Source: a candidate division WOR-3 bacterium
Lineage (GTDB): Bacteria; Hydrothermota; Hydrothermia; WGAB01
Direction of reading: 5' to 3'
Length of the DNA stretch: 64,000 nt
NCBI GenBank assembly: GCA_015490555.1
Contig: WFXO01000070.1
Location: 6,606-70,605, forward strand
The translations under genes were made by a program, and so were the position numbers. Every line of letters starts with the position of its first letter. Position 1 is the stretch's first letter. Of this stretch, positions 57,436-64,000 are shown piece after piece. The notes beneath the pieces were generated by a model that worked only from the letters and a program-made list of their open reading frames with translations, was not told the origin of the DNA and ran no database searches.

Positions 57436-60400
57436 TTAAAATGCGGCGAATCCAGTGGTGTAAAGGAGCCACAGTAGGCGCAATACCTTGTTCGCTGTGT
57501 GGGGAAGGCGGAGGAGCAGGTTTTCTCGCACGGCATCCAGGGCCCGACGGAGATCAGAGTGGTCACTAAGGGCTTGCTGGATGGCATCTTCTACTTGTGC
57601 CAAGGCCGGGTTTGCCGGATCCACACACCAAGCCAGCACCTGCTTCAGCGGGGCCTCGAGCCGCCCCCGCGAGCCGTGGAACTTGGGGAGCACCTTCATC
57701 AACACTGCTGCGTCGAAAGCGGTCTCCAGTCCGCCCAAAGATTCGAATAAGCCATTTTCATCGGCAGAGATCAGGAAGTCTACGATTTCATCGAAAGCAC
57801 GGTAACCGAAATGCAGTTCGTAGGGCCGCAGCGCGTGATTTAATCTCTCCAGCCAAGTCCGTATCCAGGGATGGCGCTTCACAAAGGCTTGTATTGCCTT
57901 CTTATCCCGACGCAGGAAGCGTCCCTGCCTGGAGAAGTTATTCAGTAGCGCCCAACGGATGTCGTCTCCAATTTTAGGAGATCCTTCGCTCTCGTTGGAC
58001 AGGTAAGCGGTGAAATCAGCCTCTGTAAGTTCTAATGTGAAGGCCCTGTCGAGGACTTTAGGGCTGATGGCGTGGGTGGTTTCATCTACATTGATCGTAC
58101 CCACGATATACAGGTTTGGGGGCAGGAAAATTTCCTTGGGCGGCAGATCTCCTTCAGCATCCCCGGGGTATGCACACCGCAAGGGTTCCAGGGTCCAGCC
58201 ATCGGCGTCCCGGCCGGATTCCAACACGCTCAGCAGGTCTCCGAAGTAGTACTCAACCCGTGCCAGGTTCATCTCGTCTAAGATGACGAACCACACGAGG
58301 CGATGATTCTCTCGGTAACTATGGACTGCCTGGAGCAGAAAGCGTAGGAAAGGCGTCCACTGATAAGTGCCGGTGAGCGGGTTGAAGTAGCCCAGGAGGG
58401 CTTTACTGTCCCGCCAGTCGGGACGCACGGAGATAAAAAGCCAGTTACGCCCCGCGATTCCGGATTGTTCGGTAGCCTCTTCGGCGGTCAGGAGTCGGAA
58501 TCCATTGAGGTTGCCCTCGGCGTCAGTCTGTGGCTCTATGTAAAGCAGGTCGCCCTCTCGAAAGTGCTCAGTAAACCAGAGACCTGCGCGACCACGAAGC
58601 AGTAGAGAAAAGTAATTGGTGTTGCTGTAAGCCGCATGAACAAAACGACAGGTTTCCTGCTCGTCGCCAAAGGTTACAGACACCTTGATGGTTTCACCGG
58701 GTGCAGGGGGTGTGAAAAAGTGCGAGGCCCGTTTAGGCACAATTACGCGTCGGTACCTGAGCATGTAAGGCTGTACCGTGAGGACCAGTCGGTCATCTCC
58801 GCCTCCCTCAGCGAGCATCCTGGGTTGAGGGAACAAAGCAGCAAAGTGCTGAGCCAATTTGGTCTTCCCTGTACCACTGATGCCGCTGAGGATGACAAAG
58901 CCTTTGGTCTGCAGGGCCGTGTAAAAGGTAGCGATCTGGTGAGGGGTGAAATACAGCCCACGACCTTGGAAGGCCAGCTGGAGCAGGTTCGCCAACTGTG
59001 AACCACGCAAGGAGATTTCTTTGGCTTCGGCCTGGGCACGTCCGGCCCGAGCGTCCCTTGCATCTGGATCTGGGGGGATGACTTCCCCAATCATAGTCTT
59101 CAATACCTCCCACTCATCGTCTTTGACCCGAAAGTTCGTCCCTCGACTGATGCGAAGAATATCCAATTTACGTAGCACAGGATCCTGTTTCAAGGTCTCG
59201 GCTAAAATTGGTCGTTTGAGTCTTCCCACGGTCTCAACATCCACAACCGCATCCCCTTTAATATTGCGATAGATCTTAGAAACGACCTTGCCCAGACCAT
59301 AAATTCCACGCTGTTCGCCCGCCTTCCAAAACAACACCAGATCACCCGGTTGAATTTCCTTTTTATAGCGTCTTACTTCCCAGTCGTTGATCCGATGCTT
59401 GCGCAGGCCCGCGAGTAAGTCATATCGTTTCGGGTTCGCCTGAAAGATCCAAACCCGTGGTTCAACGGTCTTGTATTCTGGCCGTGGGAGGGGATCTCCC
59501 AGGAAGGACGCCATGTAATCCAGTACTCCGGTGGAATGAGCACGGCGGCTATCTCTGCGTAGACTGGGGACGCGGGATAGAACACTGTCAATGAAGCGCT
59601 CGTGGGCTGTGGCTAAGCGTTCGCACCAGTTCGCGACGTCTTCCGCAGGGAGATTCACCGCCAGACCATTCGGATGATTGGCATATCGCCACTCGTCCAC
59701 CAACGGGCGTAACTCCGTCTCCAGTACTTCGGGTAGGTGGGTTTGGTCCACCACCAGCCACACGTAACCCGGTTCCAGAGAGGCGACCACCACATCTCCA
59801 ACCACCAGCCACACTCGGTTGGGATAAAGGGAGACGCCCCAGCCAGCGGGATTCAACTGATGGGCACGCAAAATAGAATGGCGGAAGCAATGGAGTGCCT
59901 TGCGACGAGTTTGTTCGTCGGGATAGAGTTTTTCCAGTACTTTTCGGGCTTCTTCGGCTTCGCCCTTGGAATCTTCAGTGCCCATAGCGCGACGCAGTGC
60001 CGGTCCCATTGGAGCGAAACGCTGATAGTAAGCACCCAGGTCCGCAGCAATGCGCTCTACCAGGGGAGCGAGATCCTCCATTCGCTCGACTTCCTCGGCG
60101 GTGAGTTCGTGACCCAGGGCAAAATGAACCCCTCCACCCCACACATCCTTCGGGTAGCCAAGGGCTCCTGGGGACACTTCGGGTGTCTCTCCTTCCTCAA
60201 GCAACCCCAGTGTTCGGAAGGCTCTCTCGATCTGATTTGCTTGTTCTTTTCCCGTCCAGACATAAACTCCCCACCAAATCTTCCCACGTAGAAGATGGAC
60301 CTCAAGATTCAAATCCCGCCGATCATTCGGGTTGTTTTTCCCGGGGATCAGGTCAGGCACGAGAGGGATCACTAAGTGGGCCAGGTTATAACGCTCCCTG

Positions 60401-61182
60401 TTGTGCGGGGGTTGCTTTGGTCCGATGTGCGTTTTGAGCCCTCGAAGGCTCGTTTGTAAACGAGATGAAACTGCTTGTAGGAACTGAACAGCCAGATCTT
60501 GATCTTGGGGTGTCCAAGGGACACGACGAAGGAGGGAGCCGAGAGACTTTGGTGTCAGGCCGGGTTTCCGCTCTGCATGACGGAGTTCCCAAAGGAAGAT
60601 GTCCACCATTGCAAAATTAGCGTTCTTCAGCCCGGCGTCACGGAGTGCCTGCCGGATTTGCTCCATAGGCGTGCGTGCCGCGAAATACAAATATGCAGGT
60701 GAGGACCTTTTCCCTCCGGGAACACGTTGCTTAAGATCCTCCCCCAATGCTTTTAGAACATCCAGGGTTTTATCATGGTAGACCCAATAGCGGTCTGGGA
60801 AACGATAGCATAGCAACTCGGTAACCAGTAAAGGGCCCAATCCAGAGACCTTCAGCACTTTTTCGAGCGTTTCTGGGGTCAATCCCCTTTCTGCTGCTTC
60901 GATGAGATCGAGGAAAGCCATTTGAAAGCCCTTCAGTCCGACCTGGGCCAGGCGCTTTTGAAACTCTCGCTCTTTCGCGTGCCAGAAAGCAAAGGCATCG
61001 GTGTCAAAGAACAAGGTTCGTAGGTCATCCTCTGTCCAGTTTGGTATGCGGTCCGGATGCAGCAATTCCCGGGCGCGGGCAATGCGACGCTCATGGTCAG
61101 CCACATGTTTCCTGGTCTCCGCTGATTCCTTCACCCGTCGAACGAAGGCTTTGGCATCGCGACGAAGTAAGTCTAAATTCAT
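57436..61182 (-). CDS. McrB-like AAA+ GTPase with EVE/PUA-like modified-base reader domain, long N-terminal extension and an insertion in the ATPase domain
   Basis: Walker A 'VILSGISGTGKTKLAQ' (~aa 763-776) and Walker B 'WFVILDEMNLARVEYYFGDLLSVLE' (McrB/AAA_5-type, ~aa 964-988). An EVE/PUA-like segment 'RVWIFQANPKRYDLL...PGDLVLFWKAGEQRGIYGLGKVVSKIY' lies at ~aa 575-700. Confidence 0.65.
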   Translation of the reverse strand: MNLDLLRRDAKAFVRRVKESAETRKHVADHERRIARARELLHPDRIPNWTEDDLRTLFFDTDAFAFWHAKEREFQKRLAQVGLKGFQMAFLDLIEAAERGLTPETLEKVLKVSGLGPLLVTELLCYRFPDRYWVYHDKTLDVLKALGEDLKQRVPGGKRSSPAYLYFAARTPMEQIRQALRDAGLKNANFAMVDIFLWELRHAERKPGLTPKSLGSLLRRVPWTPQDQDLAVQFLQAVSSRLQTSLRGLKTHIGPKQPPHNRERYNLAHLVIPLVPDLIPGKNNPNDRRDLNLEVHLLRGKIWWGVYVWTGKEQANQIERAFRTLGLLEEGETPEVSPGALGYPKDVWGGGVHFALGHELTAEEVERMEDLAPLVERIAADLGAYYQRFAPMGPALRRAMGTEDSKGEAEEARKVLEKLYPDEQTRRKALHCFRHSILRAHQLNPAGWGVSLYPNRVWLVVGDVVVASLEPGYVWLVVDQTHLPEVLETELRPLVDEWRYANHPNGLAVNLPAEDVANWCERLATAHERFIDSVLSRVPSLRRDSRRAHSTGVLDYMASFLGDPLPRPEYKTVEPRVWIFQANPKRYDLLAGLRKHRINDWEVRRYKKEIQPGDLVLFWKAGEQRGIYGLGKVVSKIYRNIKGDAVVDVETVGRLKRPILAETLKQDPVLRKLDILRISRGTNFRVKDDEWEVLKTMIGEVIPPDPDARDARAGRAQAEAKEISLRGSQLANLLQLAFQGRGLYFTPHQIATFYTALQTKGFVILSGISGTGKTKLAQHFAALFPQPRMLAEGGGDDRLVLTVQPYMLRYRRVIVPKRASHFFTPPAPGETIKVSVTFGDEQETCRFVHAAYSNTNYFSLLLRGRAGLWFTEHFREGDLLYIEPQTDAEGNLNGFRLLTAEEATEQSGIAGRNWLFISVRPDWRDSKALLGYFNPLTGTYQWTPFLRFLLQAVHSYRENHRLVWFVILDEMNLARVEYYFGDLLSVLESGRDADGWTLEPLRCAYPGDAEGDLPPKEIFLPPNLYIVGTINVDETTHAISPKVLDRAFTLELTEADFTAYLSNESEGSPKIGDDIRWALLNNFSRQGRFLRRDKKAIQAFVKRHPWIRTWLERLNHALRPYELHFGYRAFDEIVDFLISADENGLFESLGGLETAFDAAVLMKVLPKFHGSRGRLEAPLKQVLAWCVDPANPALAQVEDAIQQALSDHSDLRRALDAVRENLLLRLPHTANKVLRLLWLLYTTGFAAF

Positions 61183-62816
61183 GGTCCTTCCTCTCCCTGG
61201 TTGTGAGTAAGGATAGTGAGGGGAGTATCGGGCCGCAAGGGGATGGCACCGACCCCCTGCCAGTCCCCTAATAGCAAGTCGCGTATCGAAACATGGCGGC
61301 GAGTCTCCGGTGGAGCCGGGTAAAAGACCGTTGTCTCACCGGGATACAAGGCTACCGCTGCTCGCACACCCAAGGCGTCCCGGTAGGTATGCATTTTGTC
61401 CAGGTCACTCCGCCGGGCCGTGCTGGCTCCCACCTCACCTGCCGTGGGGAACTCCAAACGGAACTTAGCGTCCAGGGCCACTTCGGCTTTCCCGTTTCGT
61501 ATCCACAAGTAATCAGGCCGTAGCGTACCGGAGTAGCCCCGTGTTGACTTGTTGTACACCAATTTTCCCTGCCCAGTGAAAACCGCCTCGGCTGTCCAGC
61601 CCAGCTGCTCCATGGTACCAAAGTGCAAATCCAGACGCGGCGCTATGTCTAAGTGTACCTGGATTTCCTCTACCAAGGCAAAAAACACCCAGTACTCGTA
61701 AAGTGTAGCCACATCCCGAATCTCAATGGTTCGCTCCACCGCCTCAAAAAGCGGCTGACGTGCTTGATGAAACAACCGCCAAGCCTGGAGCAGTTCCCGG
61801 TAACCCTCGCGACGTAGTAGCACTTGGGAGTGCAGTGGCAACTGGTTCAGGGGACCGGCCGTGGCGAATACGGGGTGACGTAGGGCGATGCGCAGAGATT
61901 CCGCCAGCCCTCGTAGACGATCTTGGCGTTCTGTAGGGACCTTTGGCCACCAGGGCTGCCTAAAGAGGTGATCCAATGCCTGGACGAGTTGGCGAAGGAA
62001 GTAGGCCACAAAACGGTTCGGAGCGGTATCCGCGGTTTCCTCGGGGAGCCACTGACGTACCTCCGCTGGTACATGTCCCCGAAGTGCATTGGCGAGGGGG
62101 AACCCCTTCGCCGGGACCCAATTCTCCGGATGAAGCAGCACGGCAAGTAGGGTCTCGTCGTCCGACTGAGAAACCTCCCTTAACGGTACCAGGACCTCAC
62201 GGGTGTACAACTCCCGATGAGGGTGTGCAATCACCACGGACAGCGCCTGGCGCAATACAGTCGCGTGCTGGAGCAGGAAGTGGTACACAAACAGCGGTGC
62301 AGGTGGACGGTGTGCTTCCCGCACGCCGATTCCGGTAGGCGCGTAGTAGTGAAATGGCATCTGGAGGGCCCGGTGGTACAGGTCGGTGACTAAGGCCTGG
62401 AAGAAAAGCCAATAGGTTTCAGGATTGTCCAGTTTATTGGAGAGAACCATTAATGGAAGGGGCGGCGCTAAGGGCCGCTGAGCAGCGAAGGGCTGGATGG
62501 TGGTCAGACCCAAAGCATTCTCGAAGCGCACGCGAAACCAAGCACCGTGATCAGGTTCAACTCGCTGACCACCTACCATGAGATGTGTGGCTTCGGGAAC
62601 TTCAAGTAAATAATCCTTCCACTCCACTAAAAAATGACGTGCCGGAGCATATGCTTTCCAGAGCACTTCGGGAATTTCTTCTGGCGGAGGCGCGAAGCGT
62701 TCAACCAGATCGGATACCCACAACCTGTGATGATATCGTCCCTCTGCGAATTGTGGCTTCATGACTCCTTTTAAGACGATGAGTGCACGTTTTTGATCAT
62801 TATAGAGTAAAAACAA
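61179..62816 (-). CDS. McrC-like PD-(D/E)xK nuclease subunit (DUF2357-like)
   Basis: C-terminal 'YEYWVFFALVEEI' and 'LRPDYLWIRNGKAEVALDAKFRLE' (D...D-x-K motif). It overlaps the McrB-like gene by 4 nt and precedes it in the operon. Confidence 0.55.
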   Translation of the reverse strand: MFLLYNDQKRALIVLKGVMKPQFAEGRYHHRLWVSDLVERFAPPPEEIPEVLWKAYAPARHFLVEWKDYLLEVPEATHLMVGGQRVEPDHGAWFRVRFENALGLTTIQPFAAQRPLAPPLPLMVLSNKLDNPETYWLFFQALVTDLYHRALQMPFHYYAPTGIGVREAHRPPAPLFVYHFLLQHATVLRQALSVVIAHPHRELYTREVLVPLREVSQSDDETLLAVLLHPENWVPAKGFPLANALRGHVPAEVRQWLPEETADTAPNRFVAYFLRQLVQALDHLFRQPWWPKVPTERQDRLRGLAESLRIALRHPVFATAGPLNQLPLHSQVLLRREGYRELLQAWRLFHQARQPLFEAVERTIEIRDVATLYEYWVFFALVEEIQVHLDIAPRLDLHFGTMEQLGWTAEAVFTGQGKLVYNKSTRGYSGTLRPDYLWIRNGKAEVALDAKFRLEFPTAGEVGASTARRSDLDKMHTYRDALGVRAAVALYPGETTVFYPAPPETRRHVSIRDLLLGDWQGVGAIPLRPDTPLTILTHNQGEEGP

Positions 62817-63016
62817 TCTCGAAGAACTCGCATTGAATCACCGAAGTCTGCACAAAAGGATGGGGGAATGCCGGCAGGGATCTGTAAATGCCGGATTTAC
62901 GGATAGAGGTGTTGGACACAAGGCGCATATAATTGAGAGTTCAGGGTTGCCAAGAAGCATAGGCTCTTTTAGGAACTCAAAATGGGATTTCTGGAGAGCC
63001 AAGAGCAAAGAGAGAA

Positions 63017-64000
63017 AGGGAAAGAAATGAGCAAGCGAGGAATCCCTAAATTCCTACAAGACGAGCGGCTCCTTGTCCTCTTGCTTGTTGGAACCCTGGC
63101 CACCTCCGTTGTCCTACGCCGCATCCCGAAGTACTCCCTCTCCGACGCGAAAACACTTTTCACACTCTTCGTACTGCTTGTGCTTACTAAAGGGTTACAA
63201 AAGCATAGGGTACTTAAAAATCTCGCCTTTAGGATCGAGCGGAGAAGGATGCTTCCGGTCTGGTTCGTGCTGGCCACCTTTTTCTTTTCTGCCTTGGTGA
63301 CGAATGATGCGGCCCTTCTGACCGTGATTCCACTGACCCTCTCCTTGCAAATTGAGGGGAAAGAGTGGCTGATCATTCTGGAGACACTTGCGGCAAACGC
63401 AGGGGCCTCCCTGTCGCCCATAGGGAGTCCCCAGAACATCTTTCTTTATTGGCACTACAACATCCCCTTTTGGCAATTTGTCCAAGAGATCGCCCCCTTT
63501 TCCGTCTTTTTCTTGTTGGCCGTCGTCACGGGGGCACTCTGGCTTTCTGCAAGCGCATCCCGTGTAAATGTCATCATGCAAACAGAAAAGCAATCATTGA
63601 CACCAACCGCGCATGTTTACCTCGCAGCCTTAGGGGTGTTTCTCCTCGTCATTTTGCGCGTATTCCCGATGTGGATCGGGGGAGTCCTCGTGCTGGGAGT
63701 TCTCTGGATCGAAAAGGGGAGTATTCGCATCGACTACGGACTCCTGGCGCTGTTCGTTGTGTTTTTCGGGCTCACAGACAACTTACAAGCCCTCCTATCC
63801 ACGATGTTGGCCCATCCACACCACGTCTTTTTCCTGTCGTCCATTCTGAGCCAGGGGATCAGTAATGTCCCTGCAGCGTTGCTGCTTGCGGACTTTACCC
63901 CACAGTGGAAGGCGCTGCTATGGGGAGTGAGCGTGGGAGGATTTGGAAGCCTGATTGCATCCATGGCAAACCTTATTGCTTACAGACTGTATCAACAGGA
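63017..64000 (+). CDS. ArsB/NhaD-superfamily ion transporter (partial, runs off the window end)
   Basis: An ATG at 63017 opens a frame through the window end that encodes a polytopic membrane protein ('SPIGSPQNIFLYWHY', many TM helices). It is not in the ORF track because there is no stop inside the window. Confidence 0.5.

Noticed and set aside
1-64000. Search for CRISPR arrays, rRNA and tRNA genes
   Set aside because: No regularly spaced direct repeats of 24-48 nt were seen. No stretch showed tRNA-like cloverleaf signatures or rRNA-conserved blocks. Most sequence is accounted for by protein-coding genes.

Overview
This is a 64 kb chromosomal segment of a high-GC (~60%) bacterium, densely coding on both strands. 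I found no rRNA, tRNA or CRISPR array. Six secreted proteins end in a type IX secretion (T9SS / Por) C-terminal sorting domain, which points to a Bacteroidota/FCB-group organism. The thermophile- and archaeal-type content fits this too: archaeal-form iPGM, DUF763, a KaiC-like ATPase and an ATP-cone protein. The window spans the likely replication origin: dnaA and dnaN lie on the minus strand, a DnaA-box-bearing intergenic region sits upstream of dnaA (53.3-53.6 kb), and gene orientation flips there. Recognisable housekeeping genes are apgM, a UbiA prenyltransferase, surE-pcm, a hybrid sensor histidine kinase, HtrA, an ECF sigma factor with its anti-sigma factor, a TetR-MMPL-LolA-like lipid-export module, a LemA-TPM-TPM module, lspA, DksA/TraR, trpS, a CDP-alcohol phosphatidyltransferase, a sphingosine-1-phosphate-lyase-like PLP enzyme and an FGGY kinase. 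The less ordinary content is: (a) a small sulfur-relay trio at the 5' end (DUF1641-like, TusE/DsrC-like, DsrE-like). (b) An AT-rich, low-GC island at 33.4-36.6 kb carrying an LVIVD-repeat T9SS cargo gene. (c) A four-gene minus-strand operon at 39.1-43.4 kb. Its last gene is a 735-aa fusion of a Zn-ribbon, a GNAT-like motif, a single ABC-type ATPase and a C-terminal ASCH domain; the other genes are a KaiC-like ATPase, a small HTH protein and a membrane protein. This is the best candidate here for an undescribed system, possibly a nucleic-acid cytidine acetylation or modified-base sensing system. (d) A McrC-like PD-(D/E)xK nuclease plus a 1248-aa McrB-like AAA+ GTPase carrying an EVE/PUA-like reader domain, a large unknown N-terminal region and an ~190-aa insertion inside the ATPase domain. 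This looks like a modification-dependent type IV restriction system.
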